Positions 14,297 to 22,985 of a DNA stretch of 26,626 bases are shown here, piece by piece. The translations under genes were made by a program, and so were the position numbers. How positions within the stretch are numbered: the stretch's first letter is position 1; the number at the start of each line of letters is the position of its first letter. The stretch comes from an uncultured Clostridia bacterium (GTDB lineage Bacteria; CAYTYR01; UBA6262): assembly GCA_964517965.1 (NCBI GenBank), contig CAZFDO010000001.1, forward strand, positions 1 to 26,626, read 5' to 3'. The notes beneath the pieces are model-generated. The model did not search any database, was not told the DNA's origin, and was given only the letters and a program-made list of their open reading frames with translations.

Positions 14297-16644
14297 AGTT
14301 TTACTTTCTTTAGCCGCAGTGAATTACCCACAACATTCAGCGAAGATGCAAACATGGCTACTTCTGCTACAACCGGGTGCAATAGGCCCATCACCGCCAG
14401 AGGAATACACAATACATTGTAGAAAAAAGCCCAGAATAAGTTCTGCCGGATTTTCTGGAATGTCGCTTTGGATAATTGGATAGCTCCCAGTACAGCTTGC
14501 AAATCCCCTTTGACCAGGGTAACATCGCTGGCGGAAATCGCAATATCAGTCCCTGTCCCCAGGGCTATCCCGACATTTGCCTGTTTTAAAGCCGGCGCGT
14601 CATTGATACCATCGCCAACCATGGCCACTAATCTGTTCCCTTGCTGCAGTTCCCGTATTTTTTGTACTTTCTGTTCAGGAAATACCTCAGCCACTACTTC
14701 ATCAATACCCACTTGTTTAGCGATAGACTGGGCAGTTTGCCGATTATCTCCGGTCAGCATCACGATTTTAATACCCCAGGCCTTTAACTGTTTTATGCTC
14801 TTTGCGGAATTCTCTTTTAGCGGATCGCTGATCCCAAATCCGCCAAGTACTTTATCCGCAAAAGCCACCAGGACGATCGTCCTGGCCTTTTGTCCCAAAC
14901 GATTGACTTCGTTATGCAAAGCCGGCTCATCACAATTATTTTCCTGTAAAAACCTCTGACTGCCAACAAATACTTTTTTACCTTCAATTTCTCCTTTGAT
15001 CCCTTTGCCAATAACCGCGCTAAACTTATCTACGGACAGTAAATTTATATTTTTATCTTGTGATTTTACTACTATCGCTAAACCCAAAGGGTGTTCAGAA
15101 TAATTTTCCACGCTGGCGGCGATGCCCAGCATAAAATCAGGTAAAACCCCGGCGGCAGTGAATATATCGGTTACTTCAGGCCGGCCTTTCGTAATAGTGC
15201 CGGTTTTATCAAAAACTATGGTTTGGATCTTGCCCAGGGTCTGGATGGCTTCGCCGTTCCTGATCAGGATGCCGTGCTGGGCTCCCAAGCCACTGGCCAT
15301 CATCAGGGCCGTCGGCGTAGCTAACCCCAAAGCACAGGGGCAGGCGATCACCAATACTGCCACGGCGCTGTATACCGCTGTTGAGACATTAGCTATAACC
15401 AGCCAGGTTATAAATGTTATTAGGGCAATGCCAAAAATGACCGGCACAAAATACCCGGTCACTTTATCAGCTAATTCCTGGATCGGGACTCTGGATCCCT
15501 GGCATTCTTCTACCAGCTTAATAACCTGGGCCAGAAAAGTGGCCTGGCCGATTTTTGTGGCTTTGATTTGCAGCATACCCTCCTGGTTAAGGGTCGCGCC
15601 GATCACTTTATCACCGCTGGTACGGGTTACCGGCATGGGCTCCCCGGTAGCCATAGATTCATCAACGCTGGAAATACCGGATAAAACCTCTCCATCAGTG
15701 GGGATTTTCTCACCTGGTTTTACCAGCATAATATCCCCTATTTTAACCACGCTCAAGGGCACTTCCTGCTCCTGGCCATTGACCAGCAGCCTGGCAGTCT
15801 TGGCCTCCAATTTTATTAACTTTTTAATAGCTTGCGAGGCTTTCCCTTTGGTCAGTGTTTCCAAATATTTCCCCACCAGGTGGAAGGACATGATCATGGC
15901 AGCAACCGGCGCATAAGAATGCATCTGCGGTATTACCAAATGGACCAAGCCTGTCCCATACGATACCAACGTGCCCAGAGAGATCAGGCTGTCCATCCCC
16001 AAATTAAGGAATTTTATGGAGTTATACGCCCCGCGGTGAGTGCGCCAACCAACGATAAAAACCGGAGTAAAAGAAAGAGCTAGATACCACCAATTCAAAA
16101 CTGGGTCTTTAATTTTAAAAACCATTTCCAGGATCATCAACAGGATTATCGGAATGGTAAATCCCCAAGCCACTACCAGACGTCTCTTGGCCTGCCGGAA
16201 ATAGATATCTTCTATGTCTGCGAGCTGTTCTTCCTTGACTGCCCCATAACCAGAATCTTCAATTGCCCGGTACAATATTTCTTTATCAGTTTTAGCAGCA
16301 TCATATTCTACCAGGGCTTTTTCACTGGCAAAATTTACATTGGTCAGGGTCACGCCAGGGACAGCGAGTAGAGCTTTAGTAATAGTCCTCGCGCAGGAAG
16401 TACAGGTCATACCAGTTATGCCAATATTGATCTTATTCAGGGAGGCGGGATTAATTTTACTATCAACTTTAACGCCAAGATCCGTTGATTCTTTCAACCC
16501 ACTGGACAGATACTGTTCTGGATCCTGTTGGAAACTTTTTTTGCAGCCGGGGGAGCAGAAATAGTAGGTCTGGCCTTTATATTCAAGTTGCAGAGATGAA
16601 GGGTTTTCCGCCACTTCCATAGCGCATACCGGATCCTTCGCCAT
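14293..16644 (-). CDS. copA: P1B-type ATPase, Cu(I)/Ag(I) exporter, with N-terminal YHS and HMA domains
   Basis: KDPVCAM...YYFCSPGC (YHS), GMTCTSC (HMA), TGE, ACPCALG, DKTGT, SEHP, GDGIND, YN and MFASS; 783 aa. Confidence 0.93.
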   Translation of the reverse strand: MAKDPVCAMEVAENPSSLQLEYKGQTYYFCSPGCKKSFQQDPEQYLSSGLKESTDLGVKVDSKINPASLNKINIGITGMTCTSCARTITKALLAVPGVTLTNVNFASEKALVEYDAAKTDKEILYRAIEDSGYGAVKEEQLADIEDIYFRQAKRRLVVAWGFTIPIILLMILEMVFKIKDPVLNWWYLALSFTPVFIVGWRTHRGAYNSIKFLNLGMDSLISLGTLVSYGTGLVHLVIPQMHSYAPVAAMIMSFHLVGKYLETLTKGKASQAIKKLIKLEAKTARLLVNGQEQEVPLSVVKIGDIMLVKPGEKIPTDGEVLSGISSVDESMATGEPMPVTRTSGDKVIGATLNQEGMLQIKATKIGQATFLAQVIKLVEECQGSRVPIQELADKVTGYFVPVIFGIALITFITWLVIANVSTAVYSAVAVLVIACPCALGLATPTALMMASGLGAQHGILIRNGEAIQTLGKIQTIVFDKTGTITKGRPEVTDIFTAAGVLPDFMLGIAASVENYSEHPLGLAIVVKSQDKNINLLSVDKFSAVIGKGIKGEIEGKKVFVGSQRFLQENNCDEPALHNEVNRLGQKARTIVLVAFADKVLGGFGISDPLKENSAKSIKQLKAWGIKIVMLTGDNRQTAQSIAKQVGIDEVVAEVFPEQKVQKIRELQQGNRLVAMVGDGINDAPALKQANVGIALGTGTDIAISASDVTLVKGDLQAVLGAIQLSKATFQKIRQNLFWAFFYNVLCIPLAVMGLLHPVVAEVAMFASSLNVVGNSLRLKKVKL

Positions 16645-16662
16645 ATATACGTCCTTATTGTT

Positions 16663-17901
16663 TTATTTACTAAAGACCTGGGCCATATCAAAATTCTCGC
16701 TTAAGATGGAATCTCTGAACCGGCCGATATTAATCCCCTGATTAATGATCTTGGTCCAGGATAAAACATCTTTCCTATCCCCGATCAATATTACTCCGGC
16801 AACCTTGTTGGCCTTGAGCAGAAGCTTTATATATATCCCTTTTCCCTGATCTGTTTTGCGCATAATCTCATAAGCACTAGCCGGTGGATTGGAATCGCCT
16901 AAACAAGTAAGATCAATGCCGGCAATTTTTAAGGTACTATTGGGCAACACCCCTTTATAAACCAATTTCGGGCCATTAAGCGCATTAAAAGCAACAGTCT
17001 GGGCCTGGGCTAAAGCTATCGGGATGATACCATATACCTGGCCCTCGAATTCGGCTACATCGCCGCAGGCATAAATAGATTCATCATCAGTCTGTAAAAA
17101 TTTATTGACCACTACGCCTTTGTTGACTTTCAATCCAGCGGCCTGGGCCAATTCGAAATTCGAACTGATGCCAGCCGCCATAATGACTATGTCCGCCGGA
17201 ATTACCTCTCCGCCATTGAGAGTAATACTTTCCACTTGGTCGTTACCATTAACCGCTATACATTCAGCTTCAAACTTAAATTTAATACCCAGGCTTTCCA
17301 GTTTGGATTTTAAAATATCGGAACCCTGTTCATCAATCTGTCGGGACAGGAGACTTTTATTACGTTCAAGAACCAGCGGCTCTAATCCTGCGCCTAACAT
17401 GGCATAAGCGGTCTCCAACCCTAAAAACCCTCCACCCAAAATAACCGCTTTTCTTTTATCGGTATCATTAACTGGTTTCAGAGCGCTAAGATATTCCAGC
17501 ATACTTTGCGCATCATCAATAGTGCGCAAGCTAAAAGAGCCTTTTTTCTTAAATCCTTCCAAGGCCGGGATATTACTTCTGGCCCCATTAGCCAGCACCA
17601 GGCAATCGTAGGGGTGCTGCTCCCCATTTTCCAACTCTATCTTTTTTAATTTTTCATGTACTTTTACTACTTTTTTGCCAAACACCACCTTGATTTTCTT
17701 TTCTGTATACCAGTCCCAGTGATAAAAATATATTTCTTCATGCTTTACGCGGCCAGCCAGGAACTCTATCAGTATCGGCCGTGGATAATAATGGTCGTTT
17801 TCTTCAGTAAAAATAGTTACCTCTGCGTCTTCGCTCTGGGTCCGGAAGAATTTCGCCACAGTTATCCCGCTTACGCCATTTCCTACAATTATCAATTTCA
17901 T
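16663..17901 (-). CDS. NAD(P)/FAD-dependent oxidoreductase (rubredoxin reductase / NirB N-terminal-like)
   Basis: IIVGNGVSG, VLANGA, VILGGGFLGLE, IYACGDVAE; 412 aa. Confidence 0.85.
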   Translation of the reverse strand: MKLIIVGNGVSGITVAKFFRTQSEDAEVTIFTEENDHYYPRPILIEFLAGRVKHEEIYFYHWDWYTEKKIKVVFGKKVVKVHEKLKKIELENGEQHPYDCLVLANGARSNIPALEGFKKKGSFSLRTIDDAQSMLEYLSALKPVNDTDKRKAVILGGGFLGLETAYAMLGAGLEPLVLERNKSLLSRQIDEQGSDILKSKLESLGIKFKFEAECIAVNGNDQVESITLNGGEVIPADIVIMAAGISSNFELAQAAGLKVNKGVVVNKFLQTDDESIYACGDVAEFEGQVYGIIPIALAQAQTVAFNALNGPKLVYKGVLPNSTLKIAGIDLTCLGDSNPPASAYEIMRKTDQGKGIYIKLLLKANKVAGVILIGDRKDVLSWTKIINQGINIGRFRDSILSENFDMAQVFSK

Positions 17902-17932
17902 GAATCCTCCGCCTAAAAGCTAAATTATCTGC

Positions 17933-18427
17933 TTATTTTTTAAGTTGTTTAAGACTGATCAGCCGCTTGATCAAAATATTCAAGTGCCGGCGTTCTTCCA
18001 GCAGTATCTTTTTGAAAGCCTTTTTGCCTTTGCTGTGGGTACAGTTCTGCCAGGCTTCTGTATAAAAAAGGATAGAATCTTTTTCTGTCTGGATACCGAT
18101 ATGCATCACTTCATATTCGTTCAAGGCCCTGATACTTTCCCGGGGAATGCTTTTGACATCATAAAAAATACCCGGTCGCACCAGGCTGGCCAAATATTGA
18201 CGCACTTCTTCATCATTGCCCAGTGGTTTAACCGCAGCTTTGCCCATTTCGTCATGTAATTTTTTGAATGTATCAAAATGTTCCCGCTCTTCACTGGCTA
18301 ATTGGGAAAAAATATGTTTGGTCTCGGTATTTTTAACCTGCCGAGCACACTCTTCATAAAACCGCTGCCCTTCCTCTTCCAGGTTCATGGCGACCTTAAA
18401 GGCTTCATCCTCACTCAGGTATTTCAT
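17933..18427 (-). CDS. Ferritin-like (rubrerythrin-fold) di-iron protein without rubredoxin domain
   Basis: AMNLEEEGQRFY, EEREH, GIQTEKDSILFY, EERRH; start moved to ATG 18427 after GAGGAG. Confidence 0.85.
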   Translation of the reverse strand: MKYLSEDEAFKVAMNLEEEGQRFYEECARQVKNTETKHIFSQLASEEREHFDTFKKLHDEMGKAAVKPLGNDEEVRQYLASLVRPGIFYDVKSIPRESIRALNEYEVMHIGIQTEKDSILFYTEAWQNCTHSKGKKAFKKILLEERRHLNILIKRLISLKQLKK

Positions 18428-18489
18428 TTCTTGATCTCCTCTTCTTTTAATCTGCATAACCCACCGGTATAATGTATAAGGGCCTATCT

Positions 18490-18951
18490 TTACTTCCGGG
18501 CTTTACCTACATATTCCGCGATCTGATTATAATCTGGGGTCGGGTCTCCAATCATCTGCCCCTGTTTATCATAGACCCGTACATTAGGCACAAACTGTAT
18601 TTTATATTGCTTAGCTACGGCACTACCCCAATCAACGATGTTTATTTTACGTAGCAATACATAATCATACTTATTGACCAATTCTTCTATTTTTGGGCCC
18701 AGGATATGACAGGGCCCGCACCAATCAGCATAAAAATCAAACACTACCACATAATCCTTGACCAGATGTTTATTCAGGTCAACGCTTTCTCCGTTGGAGA
18801 TCACCTTTATCTTTTCAGTACTGCCACCCGCGCCGCCGGCAGATACCGCCGGCATAGTCGCTGCTGTTTGGGCATATTTATTATTGAGATGCAGCACGGT
18901 AATTATCAAACTGATAATAACCAGCACTCCTATAACAATAAACTTTTTCAC
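18490..18951 (-). CDS. Thioredoxin-family protein with N-terminal membrane anchor or signal
   Basis: DFYADWCGPC; hydrophobic N-terminus; GTG start after AGGAG. Confidence 0.88.
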   Translation of the reverse strand: MKKFIVIGVLVIISLIITVLHLNNKYAQTAATMPAVSAGGAGGSTEKIKVISNGESVDLNKHLVKDYVVVFDFYADWCGPCHILGPKIEELVNKYDYVLLRKINIVDWGSAVAKQYKIQFVPNVRVYDKQGQMIGDPTPDYNQIAEYVGKARK

Positions 18952-18961
18952 CCTTGTCTCC

Positions 18962-19525
18962 TTATTTCAATTGGCCGGCATATTTAAACTTGATCGTAAC
19001 CTTGGCTAACTTACTGTACAGTTCAAGCTCCTGGGTTAGTCTTGGTGCTGGTTCGATGATCCTGGAGAATCCTTCCCAGATGCCAAACCAGCCCAAGGGC
19101 ACTAAGACGATCCCCAATAATTCTATTTGTATCTGGTTCAATAGTTTATAAAAAGTTACCATAGACATTGAGCCCAGAGCTCCCACACCAAGGACAATAA
19201 ACAATCCTCCCTTAGCCCGGTGATTATTCAGTTCTTTAGTTAACGATAAGAACTTGAATTTGAAGTATTGTTTCAACCGCTTAATTACGATCCGTTCCGT
19301 ATTATCATCCTTGAGCGATACTGGAGCATAAATAGTGATCACATAATTGCCTTGTTGCGTTTCACGATATCTCTTCCGTAATTCAGCCAGAAAATCTTCA
19401 GAAAGCACCCTTTTTTCCAGTGGGCTGGGGTCGAAATCAGAAAAGATATCATCCCAGCAATCAATGGCAATGGAGATTTCCTGAATATCCCGTATATGTT
19501 CATTTAAATCAAGCACTTCGTTCAT
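18962..19525 (-). CDS. Hypothetical membrane protein (two C-terminal TM helices, 187 aa)
   Basis: Intact ORF in operon; DIFSDFDP..LE.R.LSEDFL motif-like N-terminus; hydrophobic GGLFIVLGVGALG and LLGIVLVPLGWFGIWEG segments. Confidence 0.75.
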   Translation of the reverse strand: MNEVLDLNEHIRDIQEISIAIDCWDDIFSDFDPSPLEKRVLSEDFLAELRKRYRETQQGNYVITIYAPVSLKDDNTERIVIKRLKQYFKFKFLSLTKELNNHRAKGGLFIVLGVGALGSMSMVTFYKLLNQIQIELLGIVLVPLGWFGIWEGFSRIIEPAPRLTQELELYSKLAKVTIKFKYAGQLK

Positions 19526-19537
19526 AATTTATCAGTC

Positions 19538-20378
19538 CTATTTTGATTGCTTCCTTTTCTTAAAAAATGTCCCAAAATAAACCACTTTATCACCCACGCG
19601 CAAGCCATTGCGCAATTTACCTAAAGGTAATCCTATTTTTTCCTGGAAGGTTATCCTTCTTACCCGCTCTCCTGTTTTATAAGCTTCGAGCATCTCTTCA
19701 CCGCCGGTATAGATCAAGACATGCTGGATCTCATTATTTTTGCTGGCGTTAGCCAGGAAAACCAGATTCCCTGGCAATAACTGCTGCTGGCTAATAGGCC
19801 GGGCTTTCTTGAACTGGTCTCTAGCATCGCGGGGGGTAATCACCCCGATCCTCCGGTAGGCCCAATTTACTAAACCTGAACAGTCCACCCCCGGTCAGGG
19901 TATCTTTATAATCAGGATCATGCAGTGAGCAACCACCCCATAAGTACAGGGAATCCAGGTGCTGGGCTGCCTTAACCAGAATGATTTTTCGCAGTTGCTT
20001 TTCCGGCAGATCATAGGCAACTACTTTTTTCATTTTACTGAGATCTTCACTTAACTGGTCAGCCCTGACCCAACCACTGCAGGGTTCCCACCGCCGCTGA
20101 CGATAATTATAGACTAATTGGTCAGGACACTGCACTCTGGCCCATTCTTCTTCTACTTCCCAGACAAAGACCGCTTCCCCTTCTTCCAATTGGCTGTTTT
20201 GAAAAGGATCTTGCCAGTATTTGTTGTTATGTTCAACCGGCTTGGCCCGGATATTCGCGACTGCTACTTTGACGACCATCGGCTTCGGATCTTTATAGCT
20301 GGCTCCTAAAAACATAGAACTAAATAAAAGAATCAAAATAACATAGGTTTTATGAGTTCTTAAAACGTTTTCTCCCAT
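19538..20378 (-). pseudogene. SH3-NlpC/P60 cell-wall peptidase split by a +1 frameshift
   Basis: ORF 19821-20378 carries signal, SH3-like and YLWGG parts; ORF 19538-19888 carries DCSGLV and HVLIY. Removing one G from the G5 run (19888-19892) gives a continuous 279-aa ORF reading TLTGVDCSG. Confidence 0.85.
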
Positions 20379-20384
20379 TTTTAT

Positions 20385-20413
20385 ATTATACCGCTTTTAT
20401 AGTTTACTGGCAA
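20385..20413 (-). promoter_or_regulatory. Putative sigma70 promoter giving a leaderless NlpC/P60 mRNA
   Basis: TTGCCA (20413-20408), 17-nt spacer, TATAAT (20390-20385), 6 nt, ATG at 20378; no SD. Confidence 0.6.
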
Positions 20414-20435
20414 TTGTATTTATCCAATCCTTTTT

Positions 20436-20465
20436 AAAATAAACAAGGGCCGCTTTTGGCAGCCC
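20436..20465 (-). terminator. Intrinsic terminator after the HAD gene
   Basis: Minus strand GGGCTGC-CAAAA-GCGGCCC (7 bp with one G-U) followed by TTGTTTATTTT. Confidence 0.65.
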
Positions 20466-20491
20466 CTGGGTACATATTCCGTTTCCTTATT

Positions 20492-21163
20492 TTATTCACC
20501 TTGGCTACAAACTTTTTTAATAGCAGTGACCACTTCACTAAAATCTTTAGTGCGGCAGTTATAATCCGCAATATCTGCCAGTCCGCTATGGGAGGCGTTG
20601 AAAGCGATCGCATAGCCGGCGATTCTGGCAGCCGGCACATCCGTGGCTGAATCTCCAACAAATATTGCTTGCCCAGGCTTTATCCCTGCTTTTTTTAGTA
20701 ATCTTTTGAATATTTTACCTTTTTCCCCATGAGCAATATCTATTTTCACCCGGCCGGTTAACCGGCCCTTACTCACATATAACTTATTACAGATACAATA
20801 ATCTATCCCTAAATCCTTTTTGACCTTAAAAGCCAGCAGATCCAGCCCGGTAGAGATAATCGCCAGTTTGAAGCCCAGTTTTTTTAATTTTATGAGAGCT
20901 TTTTTTACATTCTGGCTATACGGAATAGCATGCAGATGGCTGGTAATATCTGCTGCCGGTAGCCCTTTCCAGCGTTGGGCGTCTAAGGCACAGAATTTTC
21001 TATAGCTTATCTTCCCTTTAAGAAATTGCGCCTGGTAATGGCAGGCATCCTCATCCCACATACCCAGTTTCTCATGAATTAATTGCCAGGAACTTACATG
21101 CTGGGTCAAAGTGCCGTCCATATCAAACACCACTATTTTGTACTTCTTAGCTTTTCCTTTCAA
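20492..21163 (-). CDS. HAD-superfamily hydrolase, phosphoserine phosphatase-like (223 aa)
   Basis: VFDMDGTL, IISTG, GEKG, FVGDSATD motifs; TTG start overlapping rlmN stop. Confidence 0.85.
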   Translation of the reverse strand: MKGKAKKYKIVVFDMDGTLTQHVSSWQLIHEKLGMWDEDACHYQAQFLKGKISYRKFCALDAQRWKGLPAADITSHLHAIPYSQNVKKALIKLKKLGFKLAIISTGLDLLAFKVKKDLGIDYCICNKLYVSKGRLTGRVKIDIAHGEKGKIFKRLLKKAGIKPGQAIFVGDSATDVPAARIAGYAIAFNASHSGLADIADYNCRTKDFSEVVTAIKKVCSQGE

Positions 21164-22218
21164 CTCCCGACTCCCTGTCCGCTGTCCTCTGAACGCTGTC
21201 CGCTGTTATTCGCCGCCAACTGGCCGCACGCTGCAAAAATATCCGCCCCCCGTGATTCCCTGACCGTGACCGGCACTTTACTGCTCTTAAGCCACTTTTC
21301 GAACTGCTCTATTCCGGCTTTCTTTACTGGCTGGTATGGTAATCCTTGTACCGGGTTAAAAGGTAGCAAATTTACTTTGCCTTTCAAGCCATGCGTTATG
21401 GTTGCCAGCCGCTGGGCATCGATCAGGGTATCATTAATACCTTTTAGTAATATATATTCCAGGGTGACGATGCGTCCGGTATGCTGAAAATAATCAAAGC
21501 AGGTTTTCAAAACCTCTTTCATCGGATATTTTTTATTGATCGGCATGATCCTGGTGCGTTGTTCATCAGTTGTGGCATGTAATGAAAGGGATAGATTAAC
21601 CTGCAGGTCAAAATCAATAAGTTTCTTAATGCCTGGCAGATACCCGGCAGTAGAAATAGTAATTCTGCGCGCGGCTATTGCCGGGCCCTCTTGGCTATTG
21701 ATGACCCTGATAGCTTGAGTGACATTTTCATAATTCTCCAGCGGCTCTCCCATACCCATAAAAACAATATTGGTTATTTTGGCTTGCGCTTGTCGTTGCA
21801 CATAAAGGAGTTGATCTATGATCTCTGCCACGGCAAGATTGCGCACATAACTTTTCAATCCGCTGGCGCACATTCCGCAGGAGAATTTACAGCCCACCTG
21901 GGTAGAGATACAAATGGTCTTCCGGACGCCGGCAGGAATAAAGACAGATTCCACCTGATTTCCATCATGTAATTTGAGAAGATACTTACGTGAACCGTCC
22001 TGGGAAATAAACTCGCGGTCACCGGGAAAGGCGCACAGTTCATAATTCTCGGCTAAGGTCTTTAATAAGACTTTGGGCAAATTGCCCATCTGTGCAAACT
22101 CAGACGCTCCTTTTTTATAAATCCAGTGAAATACCTGGCCGGCGCGATAGCCAGGCAGGCCCAACCGTTTAAAATCTTCCTTTAATTCCGGCAAAGAATA
22201 GTTTTTCAATAACTGCAA
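21160..22218 (-). CDS. rlmN: 23S rRNA/tRNA m2A methyltransferase RlmN
   Basis: ISTQVGCKFSCGMCASG (CxxxCxxC), VFMGMGEPL, SLSLHA, VNLLPFNP, GADIFAACGQL; likely TTG start at 22218 after GGAG. Confidence 0.93.
   Translation of the reverse strand: MQLLKNYSLPELKEDFKRLGLPGYRAGQVFHWIYKKGASEFAQMGNLPKVLLKTLAENYELCAFPGDREFISQDGSRKYLLKLHDGNQVESVFIPAGVRKTICISTQVGCKFSCGMCASGLKSYVRNLAVAEIIDQLLYVQRQAQAKITNIVFMGMGEPLENYENVTQAIRVINSQEGPAIAARRITISTAGYLPGIKKLIDFDLQVNLSLSLHATTDEQRTRIMPINKKYPMKEVLKTCFDYFQHTGRIVTLEYILLKGINDTLIDAQRLATITHGLKGKVNLLPFNPVQGLPYQPVKKAGIEQFEKWLKSSKVPVTVRESRGADIFAACGQLAANNSGQRSEDSGQGVGS
21164..21205. repeat. Heptamer tandem run F encoding the RlmN C-terminus
   Basis: ctcccga ctccctg tccgctg tcctctg aacgctg tccgctg; translates as SGQRSEDSGQGVGS. 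Confidence 0.8.
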
Positions 22219-22290
22219 ATTAGCTCCCGGCAAAATAATTACCAGCAAAAGATCTATTCAACTTTTTGTCACTCTGTCACTTACTACTGT

Positions 22291-22869
22291 TTAATAATTT
22301 TCTGCCAGAATTTCGTAGTAGGCTTGCGGATGCTTGCAGGCTGGGCACATATCCGGAGCATTGGCTCCTTCATGGATATAGCCGCAGTTGCGACAGCGCC
22401 AGCACACCGGCTGATTTTTTTTAAATACTTGTTTACTCTCGATATTCTTAGCCAGGGCCAGGTAACGCTGTTCATGCCCTTTTTCCACTTTGGAGATATT
22501 ATTGAAGGCTACGGCAATTTCTTTGAATCCTTCCTCTTCGGCTACTTTGGCAGCGTTCGGATAAAGCATACCCCATTCCATATTCTCTCCTGTAGCTGCG
22601 GCTTTTAGGTTTTCCAGAGTTGTCCCGATCTTGCCCGCCGGATAGGCAGATGTGATCTCTACGTCCCCGCCTTCCAGGAATTTAAAAAAAACCTTGGCGT
22701 GCTCTTTCTCATTGTCCGCCGTATCCTGGAAAATAGCTGCTATCTGTTCATAACCTTCTTTCTTGGCCGCGCCGGCAAAATATGTATACCTGTTCCGGGC
22801 TTGCGATTCCCCGGCAAATGAAGCCAGCAGGTTCTTCTCTGTCCTGGTTCCTTTTAATGATTTGCTCAT
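22291..22869 (-). CDS. rbr: Rubrerythrin
   Basis: AGESQARNRY, NEKEHAK, GENME..LYP, VEKGHEQRY, WRCRNCGY...CPACKHP; 192 aa. Confidence 0.95.
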   Translation of the reverse strand: MSKSLKGTRTEKNLLASFAGESQARNRYTYFAGAAKKEGYEQIAAIFQDTADNEKEHAKVFFKFLEGGDVEITSAYPAGKIGTTLENLKAAATGENMEWGMLYPNAAKVAEEEGFKEIAVAFNNISKVEKGHEQRYLALAKNIESKQVFKKNQPVCWRCRNCGYIHEGANAPDMCPACKHPQAYYEILAENY

Positions 22870-22909
22870 AATATTGCTCCTTTCATTGCGATTTATGTTC
22901 TTTATTGTA

Positions 22910-22942
22910 GACTATTATAGTCCTATTTAATAAAATTGTCAA
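22910..22942 (-). promoter_or_regulatory. Consensus sigma70 promoter of rbr with overlapping 6-1-6 palindrome
   Basis: TTGACA (22942-22937), 17-nt spacer, TATAAT (22919-22914); GACTAT-T-ATAGTC (22910-22922) covers the -10. Confidence 0.8.
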
Positions 22943-22985
22943 TCATTATTATCTCTTATTTTATAATACCAGCTTAAGTTAACAA

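Noticed and set aside
15122-15916. 264-aa plus-strand ORF
   Set aside because: Antisense shadow of copA with no recognisable motif; same for 12678-13223, 14468-14959 and similar.
17905-17920. TCCGCCTAAAAG matching part of the 10084-10104 hairpin
   Set aside because: It is the complement of the oxidoreductase RBS region; a 12-nt match without the second arm is plausible by chance.
22264-22290. TGTCACT twice between rbr and rlmN as another heptamer element
   Set aside because: Only two units, 8-nt spacing and no partner arm; possibly a degenerate remnant but too short to support.
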